Of a DNA stretch of 64,000 bases, positions 1 through 11,934 are shown piece after piece (within the stretch, counting starts at the first letter, position 1; the number at the start of each line of letters is the position of its first letter). The notes below the pieces were generated by a model. The model had not been told where the DNA came from and did not search any database. It was given only the letters and a program-made list of their open reading frames with translations. The position numbers and the translations under genes are program-made. The stretch is from Macrostomum lignano (lineage: Eukaryota), in contig NIVC01001267.1 in NCBI GenBank assembly GCA_002269645.1, positions 186,001 through 250,000 of the forward strand. The letters are read 5' to 3'.

Positions 1-1527
1 TGAGCAAGTCATTGCTGCCTATGCAGAGGCGTTCCTTCAGGATGTGATCCGCTGTAAACACACATAGTTAACGCCATTATTTGTCATCTGAACCCGGATG
101 GACCCCTGTCAACAGGACACAGGATTAACATTAAATAACTGTCTGCAGTGGACTACTGAATGATAAAATGTGCATATTCGAAGTGGCCATTAAGAATCGA
201 GTAACACTCGCAAATAACAAGCCATCGGACATGACTGCCACCTAATTTGAATTCCTTGTCGTGTTAAGAGCTCGATTGCAGCACCCTGAAATTAATGAAT
301 TGTTTGTTGTAAAAGACAATAAATCTCTGAGTCTCGCTGCCCACAAAGGCACAAGAAGACAGAGGGAGGCACCGGGAGACTAGGGGAGACAACAGGAAGG
401 CACAGGCAGACACATAGAGGAACAGGGAGACAACAGGGAGACACAGTGAGACACTAGGGAGACAATATGGAGACACAAGGAGACAATAGGGAGACAACAG
501 GGAGGCACAGGGAGACAACAAGCAGACACAGGCAGACACATGGAGCAACAGGGAGACAACAGGGAGACACAGTGAGACACTAGGGAGACAATATGGAGAC
601 ACAGGGAGACAATAGGGAGACAACAGGGAGGCACAGGGAGACAACAAGCAGACACAGGCAGACACATGGAGCAACAGGGAGACAATAGGGAGATATAGGG
701 AGACAATAGGGAGACACAGGGAGACACTAGGGAGACAATAGGGAGATATAGGGAGACAATAGGGAGACACAGGGAGACACTAGGGAGACAATAGGGAGAC
801 ACAGGGAGACAACATGCAGACACAGGAAGACAACAGCGGCTGACCCTGAAGCTCAGAGCTGTTCTCACAAGAGTTAGTAAGGCACTCTGAATCTATGCAA
901 GACTCAACAAGCCTCCCTCAACCATAACTTGTCGGCGCTAGCTCGGTCTTTTGAACCGTGAAAACAGAGAGACGATATTCATAAAACCTATACCGGAGAT
1001 CGGGTGTGTGTGTGCGTGTGTGTGTGCTCCGGTGGGGCAGCAGGTACAATGTTTTGAGGGGATTTCGAATCGGGCCGAAGCGAAGGGGAATGAAAAACAC
1101 AGCGGCTGGCTGGCTTGAGTAAGAGTGACGGGGTGAGGGATCGGGAAGAAGGGGGAGTGTGTGGGGAAACGTGATCTTTGCTGAGCGCAACACGAGCCAA
1201 AAACCGGTTGCCGACCCGTTTGAGTGCCACTGCGCGTTCGCTCGGGTGCCTCTTCGCTCTGCCTGTTTCTGAATTTCGCTTTCATCCGTTTTCTCTTGTC
1301 TGACTATGAGGGATAAACTTCATAAGTCTGTTTTTCTGCCTGTCTTAGTGTCTGTCTGTCCGTCCTGTCTGTCTGTCCTGCCTGTCTGCCTGTCTGTCCT
1401 GTCCTGTCCTGTGTGTGTGTGTGTCTGTCTGTCTGTCCTGTCCTGTGTGTCTGTCTGTCTGTCTGTCTGTCTGACTGTCTGTCCTGTCCTGTCCTGTCCT
1501 GTCCTGTCTGTCCTGTCCTGTCCTGTG

Positions 1528-1575
<48 letters not shown>

Positions 1576-2018
1576 CTGTCCTGTCCTGTCTGTCTGTCTA
1601 GTTGTTTATCTTAGCGTCATTCATGTTCTCCTCATCGGCATCAATGATATCATCACAAACAGTTAATGAAAAGCTTTCTATCACATGCCATTACAGTCAA
1701 CGATAATTTCAAGTTTTACTTGAGAACTTATAAATTCAAAGCGTCAAAATTTGAGTGTCAAATTCACCTGTGGCGCAGGTGTGCCAGCCCAGCCAGTGGC
1801 CTTCAGATTCGATATCAGAAACTCCGACATTATGGGGGATCTCCTCAGTTCGGGGGGGGGGGGGTTGGTAAGCGGAGAGCACAGGATGCGAAGAAAGGAT
1901 GATGGGGGTAAGAGAGGGAGGGAGCGGGGATTTGGGGGTGTCGGCAAGGTATTGATAAAGAGAAATGAATCGAACCAGTTGCTCACCTGCTCTCCTTCAA
2001 CCCCGGTCAGTTCCTCAT
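1..2018 (-). CDS. Candidate multi-exon gene of unknown product, runs off the window; exons 1987-2018, 1768-1843, 845-892, 1-51
   Basis: Donors GTGAGC, GTGAAT, GTCAGC; acceptors ACAG, CTGAG (weak), CATAG, TTTACAG; phases 0/1/1 are consistent and give (D)EELTGVEGEQEIPHNVGVSDIESEGHWLGWHTCATDSECLTNSCENSSELQADHILKERLCIGSNDLL. No homology recognised and no start codon found. Confidence 0.3.
345..830. repeat. Purine-rich minisatellite (GGGAGACAMW-type ~10-bp subunits with higher-order duplication)
   Basis: Repeated gggagacaca/gggagacaat; explains ORFs 264..770 and 380..868. Confidence 0.9.
1330..1600. repeat. (CTGT)n/(CTGTC)n microsatellite
   Basis: Direct reading. Confidence 0.95.
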
Positions 2019-2293
2019 CTGTCGCTCATTCACTGCCTAAATCTTAACAACAGTTCTGTTTACTCTGCTGAATCCGGCTATTCAATAATACTCGGAGCAA
2101 GGCAGCCCTGGAGTCCCCGTTTCGAATTTGCGGCGAAGAGGTCGGAGGCGGCGGTCCCTACCTCTGCGCCGGGTCCTCTGTGGCGGCCTCAAGCAGCGGC
2201 TCGTGCTACTCAGCCGTCTGCGGCGGAGCCTCGTTCGACTGCGACCTGTTTGGGGGCCAGGTCGGCAGCCCGCGGCACGAGGAGTTCTCCGCT

Positions 2294-4907
2294 ATGATCC
2301 CGGTGAGTGAGCTGGGGAGGGCGGCGCGTCCGGGGTCCTCAGGGCCGGAATGGAGGACTTCAGGACCACAGGAGCGAAAGCTTCGGGAGAGGGGAAAGAG
2401 AACCTTCAGTAGAGGGGAAATAAAAGCTTCAGGAGAGGGTAAAGATAACCTTCAGTAGAGGGGAAATAGAAGCTTCAGGAGAGGGGAAGAAGAAGCTTCA
2501 GAAGAGAGGAAGAAGAAGCTTCAGGAGAGGGAACAAGAAGCTTCAGGAGAGGGAAAAAGAAGCTTCAGGAGAGGGGAAAGAGAAGCTTCAGAAGAGGGGA
2601 AATAGAAGCTTCAGAAGAGGGGAACTAGAAGCTTTAGTAGAGGGGAAATAGAAGCTTCAGGCGAAGGAAAATAGAAGCTTCAGGAGAGGGGAAAAGAAGC
2701 TTCAGGAGAGGGAAATAGAAGCTTCAGAAGAGGGAAAAAGAAGCTTCAGAAGAGGGGAAATAGAAGCTTCAGAAGAGGGGAAATAGAAGCTTCAGAAGAG
2801 GGAAATAGAAGCTTCAGGAGAGGGAAATAGAAGCTTCAGAAGAGGGAAAAAGAAGCTTCAGGAGAGGGAAATAGAAGCTTCAGAAGAGGGAAATAGAAGC
2901 TTCAGGAGAGGGAAATAGAAGCTTCAGAAGAGGGAAAAAGAAGCTTCAGGAGAGGGAAATAGAAGCTTCAGAAGAGGGAAAAAGAAGCTTCAGGAGAGGG
3001 AAAATAGAACCTTCAGGAGAAGGTAAAAGAGCCTCAGTAGAGGGGAAATGGAAGCTTCAATAGAGGGGAAATAGAAGCTTCAGGAGAGGGGCAATAGAAT
3101 CTTCAGTAGAGGGGAAATAGAAGCTTCAGGAGAGGGAAAAAGAACCTTCAGGAGAGGGTAAATAGAACCTTCAGAAGAGGGGAAATAGAAGCTTCAGAAG
3201 GGATGGAAGCGTCAAAATTGTTGCCCCATCTTCGTCAGGTTTTCCCACAAATTTCCCAAGTCTGTTCCCTATATCCCAGTGTCCATATGCGCAGTTTCTG
3301 ATCCCACGCAATCGATTAACTGCATCGACAAGATGGAGGTGCAGCCGGGAGGGCACTGAGGTTTTGTTATTTGCTTTCACTAAGTTGCAGTTAGACCTAA
3401 ATGGGCAGCCATGCGATCCATGGACAGTGACCGCTGTAGCTATTATTAATATTGTAATCATTAGTTGCATTGCATATTTCAGTTGAGCAGTCGCTATGCA
3501 CGGCTGTGTGCTGCACGTGGCCGTTGAGCATTTGCCGATCAATGACACACTTTATTCCCCCAGAATAGGGTGTGTTTTACAGTTCCATAATCACAGTACA
3601 TTGCATCAGACAGACAGACAGACACAGCAGCAGACACAGCAGCAGACACAGCAGCAGACACAGCAGCAGACACAGCAGCAGATACAGCAGCAGACACAGC
3701 AGCAGACACAACAGCAGACACAGCAGCAGACACAGCAGCAGACACAACAGCCTTACCCGCCCACCCGCAGCTCCCCACGCCGCAGCTGTCCCCGCTCTCG
3801 GCCCACTCCGGCAGCACCTCCTGCTCCCCGGACTCTCCCAGCGCTATCGCCATTCGCGGCCACTGCGGCTCCTCCAGCGCCTCCTCCGCAGTGCGCAGCA
3901 GCTTCAACCTGGTGCACCAGAGCCAGCATCACTATCAGCAGCACCCGCAGGTCACCTGCCTTGACCCAGTCAGCGACCTGGCTAGTCAGCTGTACTACGA
4001 ATCCACCAGCCTGTGCTGCCAGCAGCAGCAGCAGCAGGCCTCTCTCAACCATCACAATCAGCATTCGCAGCAGATGCTTCTAAACAGCAGCAACTGCAAC
4101 CAGGACGAAGGCCTCCTGGATCTGGACTTCATCATCGATCATTCAGACCTGCAGCCTCAGCTTCATCAGCACAGCGGGATGCTGGCACAACCAGCTGATT
4201 CCGAGGTAGTGCTAGCCAGCGGGTTCGCGAGCCACCAAGTCCCGGTTGTGTACAGCAGCGTGGCGAACCCGCAGTATCAGCAGCTGGTGAAGTCGGAGCC
4301 TCTGCCCAGCGTGAGCACCCTGTTCCAGCTGGACAGCATGAGTCCGCCTGCGACGCCGTGCCAGCAGCGGCAACCTGTAGCCGGATACATCAGCTACCAG
4401 CAGCCTGCAGGACCTGAGGATCCCAACAGTTTGCTCGAATACTTGAACTCACCCAAAGCGCCACCGCCGCCGCCGCCGCCGCCGCCGCCGACAACAACAA
4501 CAATTTTTGTTGCAGAATCTGCTTCTATGTCTGACAAATCGCCCGCTCCCAGAGCGAAGCATCGGCGGAATCAGCAGCAGCAGCAGCAGCAGAAGCAGGT
4601 CAAGCACCGCGGCAATAAACTTGCCTCAGGCGCAGGCAAGCGCAGCAGAGTGCACTCCTGCCCGGAGCTCGGGTGCAGCAAGGCCTACAGCAAGAGCTCG
4701 CACCTGAAGGCGCACATGCGGACGCACACGGGTGAAAAGCCGTACAACTGCGGCTGGCACGGCTGCGGCTGGCGATTCGCCAGGTCGGACGAGCTGACGC
4801 GGCACTTCCGCAAGCACACGGGCGACCGGCCTTTCCAGTGCGACGTGTGCAAGCGAGCGTTCAGCCGCTCCGACCACCTGTCGCTGCACATGAAGAAGCA
4901 CCAGTGA
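2294..4907 (+). CDS. KLF: Kruppel-like factor (KLF1/2/4-type, three C-terminal C2H2 fingers); join(2294..2302,3771..4907), ~381 aa
   Basis: [31 protein letters not shown]...[22 protein letters not shown]...[14 protein letters not shown] is the KLF finger signature. ATG ATC CCG|GTGAGT at 2302/2303 joins in phase 0 to CCGCAG|CTC at 3770/3771, in frame with the 3891..4907 ORF. The frame is open 74 codons upstream of the ATG, so the start could differ. Confidence 0.92.
2365..3200. repeat. ~22-bp minisatellite GAAGCTTCAGGAGAGGGAAATA in the KLF intron
   Basis: Tandem units, most with an AAGCTT site. Confidence 0.95.
3605..3750. repeat. 12-bp repeat CAGCAGCAGACA ending ~20 nt before the KLF acceptor
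   Basis: Direct reading. Confidence 0.9.
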
Positions 4908-5389
4908 AGGCGTTGGTGATTTCTTTTTACGTGAGATTTTCAATATTCTTGAACATCCCTTGCCTGAATGGCTAATGTTTTGAAGTATGAAATATTATTC
5001 ACTTGTAGCTATTTAATATTCTATGTTTTACCTATCGGTTAATTGTTGTGACCAGATTGTCTGGAAATAGCTCCGAATTGTTTTTGTAGACACCGTATTT
5101 ACATGTAGCTGTTTGGATTGATATGGTTATCCCTATTGCTCCTTGTAGTGACAATGACAATGAGGTTAGTCCCATTTTAGTTTAGAAAGGGAATTCCTAT
5201 TGGCCTAGAAAGGTCAAATCCCATTTTATCTAACAAGAAAATCCGATTGTCTTGAACAGAGAAGATACACTGGATTAAAATTGGGAATCCGGTGCTTAGA
5301 CAGGGAAATTCCCATAGGATTAGCAGGGAAAATTCCACTTGCTTAGAAGGGGAAATTGCACTGTTCTAGACGTGAAATTCCCACTGGGT

Positions 5390-5830
5390 TAAACGGGGAA
5401 TTCCCACTGGGTTAAACGGGGAATTCCCACTGGTTTAAACGGGGAATTCCCACTGGGTTAAACGGGGAATTCCCACTGGGTTAAACGGGGAATTCCCACT
5501 GGTTTAAACGGGGAATTCCCACTGGGTTAAACGGGGAATTCCCACTGGTTTAAACGGGGAATTCCCACTGGGTTAAACGGGGAATTCCCACTGGGTTAAA
5601 CGGGGAATTCCCACTGGGTTAAACGGGGAATTCCCACTGGGTTAAACAGGGAATTCCCACTCTTTTAGACGGGGAATCCTCACTGTTTTAGAAGGGTAAA
5701 TCCCATTTGCTTGGACAGGAAAATCCCTCTTTCTTAGAAAGAGAAATCCCACTGTTTTAGACGGGGAATTCCCACTGTTTCAGACGGGGAATCCCCACTG
5801 ATTAAGACGGGGAATCCCCACTGATTAAGA
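5390..5830. repeat. 23-bp minisatellite TTCCCACTGGGTTAAACGGGGAA downstream of KLF
   Basis: About 12 exact GGGGAATTCCC copies plus degenerate flanks. Confidence 0.93.
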
Positions 5831-6419
5831 CGGAAAATTTCCTATTTGCTTAGAAGGGAAAATCCCATTTCATAAGACAAGGAAATCCATTTGATTAGTA
5901 GGGGGAAATCCGTTTCGATTAATTCAGCAAATCCCGTTTTTAGTCGTTTGTTGTCCAGACAGGTAAACCATCCCACTTCTGGATTGCAAATGGGGATCTG
6001 TTTAGCAAAAGAAGATATTTTTAAAATTGATAGCTTTTAATTTTTATCTTTTTTTTCCCAATTCGCCGGTTTGTTTGCTAAAACTCCAGCACACCTGCTA
6101 CCTGCTAGTTAGAATTCAATCCTGTTTGGTTTTGCGCACGCATCAATGCTCTGCTAGGACAGGTGCACCTGTCTGACCTCCCCAGGTCTGAGAGGTCGCC
6201 ATGCTTGTGTGATCTACGAGCTATCATTTCTCTCTGACAAGCCTCCGCGTATTAACGTCAAAAATGCCATTTGCAAAGTATCTGGGCAAGCTAGCTCCCT
6301 AAAGTAGGTCACCCAGCTTAGTCTGGGAGCTTGAGGAGCGTTAATGCTCCAAGTCTGTGCCCTGGTGACATCAACTCATTGTATGACATTGAGAGTTGGA
6401 AAGCGCCCCATAAAGGAAA

Positions 6420-6700
6420 ATTAAAAACCAAAAGAGACTCCAAACCAAAGGGGAATCCAAAGCCAAAAGAGAATCCTAAACCAAAAGAGAATCCTAAACC
6501 AAAGGGGAATCCCAAACCAAAAGAGAACCCCAAACCAAAGGGGAATCCCATACCAAAAGAGAATCCTAAACAAAAGGGGAATCCCAAACCAAAATTAGAA
6601 TCCCAAGCAAAAAAAGGGAGTCCCAGACCAAAATTAGAACCAAAATTAGAATCCCAAACCCAAAGGGGAAAACCTAAATTAGAACCCTGAATCAAGGAGA
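6420..6700. repeat. 18-bp minisatellite AAACCAAARGRGAATCCY
   Basis: Gives the KPKGNP/KPKENP pseudo-ORF. Confidence 0.85.
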
Positions 6701-7159
6701 ATCCTAAATTGAAGGGATAAATGTCGAAGTAAACAAATGGGAAATTCCAAATTAAATAGGGAATCCCACACCAAAATGAATACTGACTCTAGGGGAGCCA
6801 TAGAGAATCAGACCATGCTGACAGCACGCCAGCCCGAAACGCAACCTCATACGCATGTTGACTGTGTTTACTAAAATACTTGCTTGTAAATTTGCCTCGC
6901 AATTTTGTCATTGAGCGTCATTGGACAGACATCATCTGCATTCACTGAAGCTGCGCCTATTTCTCTGTACAGTTCACGCCGTGTTTTTTGTTGTCAGCAG
7001 CAACGATTTTTTTCGGCACAAGTTTATAACTTACAACGGAGGCACTTCTCTTTCGTGTGAAATTTTATTGGCTTGAGTTGGCTGTTTCAGGCTTAAATGG
7101 CAAAAGCGCTCTTGGTAAGGAAATACAATTCCTAGGTAAACCTCCGTAGCTAAACAGAA

Positions 7160-7810
7160 TGCCCCCGGTTGCTAAGGTAACAATTGTAGCTAAATAAAAA
7201 TTCCCCGGTTGCTATGATAACCATCGTAGCTAAATGAAAAGTCCCCGGTTGCTATGGTAACCATCGTAGCTAAATAAGGTCCCGCGTTGCTATGGTAACC
7301 ATCGTAGCTAAATGAAAAGTCCCCGGTTGCTATGGTAACCATCGTAGCTAAATAAGGTCCCGCGTTGCTATGGTAACCATCGTAGCTAAATAAAAGGTCC
7401 CGCGTTGCTATGGTAACCATCGTAGCTAAATGGAAAGTCCCCGGTTGCTATGGTAACCATCGTAGCTAAATAAGGTCCCGCGTTGCTATGGTAACCATCG
7501 TAGCTAAATGGAAAGTCCCCGGTTGCTATGGTAACCATCGTAGCTAAATAAGGTCCCGCGTTGCTATGGTAACCATCGTAGCTAAATGAAAAGTCCCCGG
7601 TTGCTATGGTAACCATCGTAGCTAAATAAAAAGTCCCCGGTTGCTATGGTAACCATCGTAGCTAAATAAAGTCCCGCGTTGCTATGGTAACCATCGTAGC
7701 TAAATGAAAAGTCCCCGGTTGCTATGGTAACCATCGTAGCTAAATAAGGTCCCGCGTTGCTAAGGTAACAATCGTAGCTAAATAAAAAGTCCCGCGTTGC
7801 TAGGGTAAAT
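7160..7810. repeat. 38-40-bp minisatellite containing GTTGCTATGGTAAC
   Basis: 13 exact and 3 single-mismatch copies counted by hand. Confidence 0.95.
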
Positions 7811-8379
7811 CTCAGTAGGTAAAAACAGTTTGTAGGCCTTGTTACTTACATGTACCTTAACAAACAGCCTCCTTTGCTAAGGTGATAAACCTACGCATTA
7901 AAAATAACAAAGAACGTTGCTATAGCAACACTGGCTTGACAAACTCGTAGTTAAAGAAAACTCTGTTTTAACCTGTGTAATAACGTTTTTTTTTCAATTG
8001 GATTTCGCAATAAAGTCAGACTATTTTCAGCCCCACAATGCCGTGTACACATAAACAGCTATTTTAATTGTCAAGTCTACTCCGAGGACAAGAATACTTT
8101 GACAATAAGACTCTTTGCGAATCTGTTCTTCTGTTTTTGTTCCGATTTTTCTTTTTCGTTCTTTATTGGCTTCTTTTGCTTGCTTTAGCGATTGCAACCT
8201 GGGAATCGCTTTGAACTGCTCGAATATCCAGGGCTGCAATATTTTCTGACAGGCGAATGTCCATTTACTGTTATTCATTCGATCCGCGCGTTTCTAGAAT
8301 TTATTAATGCAAATAAATCTGAAGGCTTGAGTACTTGACAACTGCGCCTTTGTTAATTGCCAGCCCGGTGGGGAATAGG

Positions 8380-8790
8380 GTGAGATTGGAGATAAGAGAT
8401 GAAAGACTGGATGCGAGACATTAGAGATGGAAGATCAGAGACAGAAAGTTAGATTTCGGAGATGTAAGCTATGAGATATTGACAATGAGCGATGGGAGTT
8501 AAGAGATTGGAGATGAGGATGAGAGCTGAGAGATGGGAGATGACAGATAGGATATGACAGATTGGATCTGAGTATGAGAGTTAAGGGATGGGAGATTAGA
8601 GATTGATGATGAAAGATAGAAGATGAAGATGGGAGATGACAGAATGGATCTGAGGATGAGAATTGAGAAATGGGAGATGAGAGATGGGAGGTGAAAATGG
8701 GAGATGAGAGACAGGAGATGGAGATGGGAGATAAGGATGGGAGTTGATAGATTTTGAGATGGGAGAGGATTGGAGGCGAGATTTTGAGAT
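8380..8790. repeat. Degenerate purine-rich (GAGAT/GGGAGAT) low-complexity tract
   Basis: Direct reading. Confidence 0.7.
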
Positions 8791-10399
8791 GCGAATCAAT
8801 AAATCATCGGGAAAAGTGCGACAGTGGATGCTGCTCAGGTATCAGGCCTCCTCATCAACACCCAAGCAAGTGCTGAACTTAGCGAAAAGCTGTTAACTGA
8901 CTGCATGTAGCAAGGCAGGCACTGATTTCAGACTTCAAAGGTCTCTAGAAGTTTCGAAAAAGAAACTGTTAATCCGGCTGACCCGAGTTCAAAAAATGTC
9001 AGACAGACTGGGTGATTCTGCTGACTACTGAGCCCCCACAGGCGCTCTGACTTTCTAATCTAGATGTTTATGGTGCGTTTGCTCCTGCCATTTCGATTGC
9101 ATCTCTGCATCGAGGTACCGAATCAAGGTACATGAACTAGCGTTTTCAAACCGCTTGCCTTCCTGTCTGACACTTTGACAGTTGTAGCAATGCGATGGTG
9201 TCGGCATCTGCATGGACGCCTCGGTTGCAACGAATGGTCCCGGCCGGCAGTAGAGTGCTGTGTTCAAGGAGGAACTTGGCGAGGCGATGGGAATTGGCGA
9301 GGCGAGCCCAGTAATTTTTAATTTCAGGCTTCCGTACGATTCCCATGTAGAAAAGGAAGGCCTACCGCCTTTTTTATTTCACTTTCTGAGCAATGTATTT
9401 TGGATTTCCCCCATAGACATTTCTCATCCAGCCACCCAAAATTTAACAGAAAAAGAGCCACCTTCAAGAACTGCAGGGATTTTATACATGGATGAAGGAA
9501 TAGAAAGGATGGCTCACCTGAAAGTGAGTCAATGGCCAAGACTTCCTAAAAATTGGGATATTCCCCCCATGAATTTCATTGGCTGCTGGAACAAGGACAA
9601 CTTAAGTCATTCGAAGTGACGAAGTGACTTTAGTGGTCCTTGTGCTGGAATTTAATACACCTTTTCACGTTCAATGTTGATCAAAGTCCAGTTCTAAAAA
9701 AAACTAGCGGAAATTCAATTCAGACTGGGGACAATTTTGTCTATGGCTAAACCTTGCTTCGGTGGCAGAATGTTTTGAACTGGGATTTGTTTCTATTGAT
9801 TTTCCGTAAGCGTTGCCCAAGTCCTTGATCGGACCTTCATAGAGTGAAGGCGCAGCCACACGCCAGTCAAAATAGTCTATGGTCAGTACAGTGCACTCAA
9901 AATATCAGTATGAAAGAGGCCATGATCTCAGCACATGTCGGACATCCATATAAATGCATCTACGAGCTTAATATCAAAAGAAGCCATTAGATGTAAAAAA
10001 ATCCATCACCTACCATCCGGCAAACGATATAAAGGCTAAAGAAGAAGCACAAAAGCAACACAACAAACCCTTTGTGACGATTTTCCACGCACAAAGCAAT
10101 TCGTGAAAAAGCAGCAGATAATTTTTTTGCCTTTCATCACCGCGTAGCCCCCCCCCCCGTATTCGTCTGTCACCATCTGTCGGATCACAAATGGGAAATC
10201 AGACATTTGCCAACAGTTTTTGTTTATTATTGCGTGACTAAGCGTCCAACTCTGTCGCGTCGAATGGCTGACCTGACGGTTGCTCAAAGCCTACCATACT
10301 GTCTTCTTATCGAGCAGCTGTTGTTTTTATTAAGCACCTACAGTCGGTACCTGCTGCGTTTTGGCATCGGGAAAGCATGAGTTTAAATTTAGCATGCGG

Positions 10400-11120
10400 A
10401 AAGCACGTACATACAGATGTACATGCAGTTGGGGTGGGGCACGAGGGGAAAGCACGTACATACAGATGTACATGCAGTTGGGGTAGGGTGCGAGGGGAAA
10501 GCACTGTACATACAGATGTACATGCAGTTGGGGTGGGGCACGAGGGGAAAGCACGTACATACAGATGTACATGCAGTTGGGGTGGGGCACGAGGGGAAAG
10601 CACGTACATACAGATGTACATGCAGAGGGGTTGGGGCGAGAGGGGAAAGCACTGTACATACCGATGTACATACAGAGGGGTCGGTGTGCGAGAGGAAAGC
10701 ACTGTACATACAGATGTACATGCAGAGGGGTCGGTGTGCGAGGGGAAAGCACGTACATACAGATGTACATGCAGAGGGGTTGGGGCGAGAGGGGAAAGCA
10801 CTGTACATACAGATGTACATGTAGCTAGGGGTTGGGGCGAGAGGGGAAAGCACTGTACGTACAGATTTACATGTAGCTAGGGGTTGGGGCGAGAGGGGAA
10901 AGCACTGTACATACAGATGTACATGCAGAGGGGTTGGGGCGAGAGGGGAAAGCACTGTACATACAGATGTACATGTAGCTAGGGGTTGGGGCGAGAGGGG
11001 AAAGCACTGTACGTACAGATGTACATGTAGCTAGGGGTTGGGGCGAGAGGGGAAAGCACTGTACGTACAGATGTACATGCAGAGGGGTCGGTGTGCGAGG
11101 GGAAAGCACGTACATACAGT
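10400..11120. repeat. ~49-51-bp minisatellite GCACGTACATACAGATGTACATGCAGTTGGGGTGGGGCACGAGGGGAAA
   Basis: Tandem units with several variants. Confidence 0.93.
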
Positions 11121-11934
11121 GAGACATTTATTAATTAGGGCGAGAAAGTATACCATACACAATTAGATGTACATTAATTGATAAGACTTTCTACCTTCTT
11201 TGAACCCCTTCAATCGATTGAATTCTAGCTAGGCGCTGATTGGTTGAGCTTCTGGAGATCTAGAAAACACAATATTTTCATGTCACGCACAGATGAAGAA
11301 CTAACAAAGAAAAATTAATCCATAAACAACAAAATCAAAGATAATAAAGACATTGTTGCAGCATTGCGAATCCTTAAAAACAGTCCAATTCTATTTTGCA
11401 TGCCGCCTGCCTAAACCGAAGCAATAGAATTCGGGCATCGTTTTCCGAACGAGAGAGTCTGTTGCTATTTTTAGTAAGCTGCCACCAGCAATTGGCGCTC
11501 CGCTTTTAGCTGGGCATATGCGCATCAGGCTACTGAGGGCAGTAGAAATATAAAGAAGAAAATTCCGAAATTAGCAACGCAAGATAAATTAAACGTTCAA
11601 ATTCATATTTCATATTTAGATTCGTCCATTTGTCCACATGCTTTTATTGAGACCCTGCCTGTTGCATAATTAGATAAAAAACAGATTTCCGAACTGGGAA
11701 GGCACGCGGTTCGCAATGAATTTAATTTTTTTTAATTATTAGGATAATTATAAAATACGCAAGCGCTTTCAGCCGCTATCAAGCGCAGGTATGTACAGTG
11801 TAAAACACAAGCAGACAGGTAGCAAACGATTTACAAAAAACAGTAAAATCAAGGAGGGCACATTTATAATATAGGCAAAACAATTGACCTAATCTTATGG
11901 CACAGGAAGCCGTTCTGCTCAAGCTGAGCCGGAG

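Noticed and set aside
7160-7810. Regularly spaced repeats as a CRISPR array
   Set aside because: No unique spacers, no cas genes, eukaryotic context; the same holds for all arrays here.
9055-10287. Merlin/IS1595-like transposase fragments (FLLEHSTLLPAG; MVTDEYGGGGY)
   Set aside because: Similarity is weak, the pieces are in the wrong order on the minus strand, and no TIRs were found.
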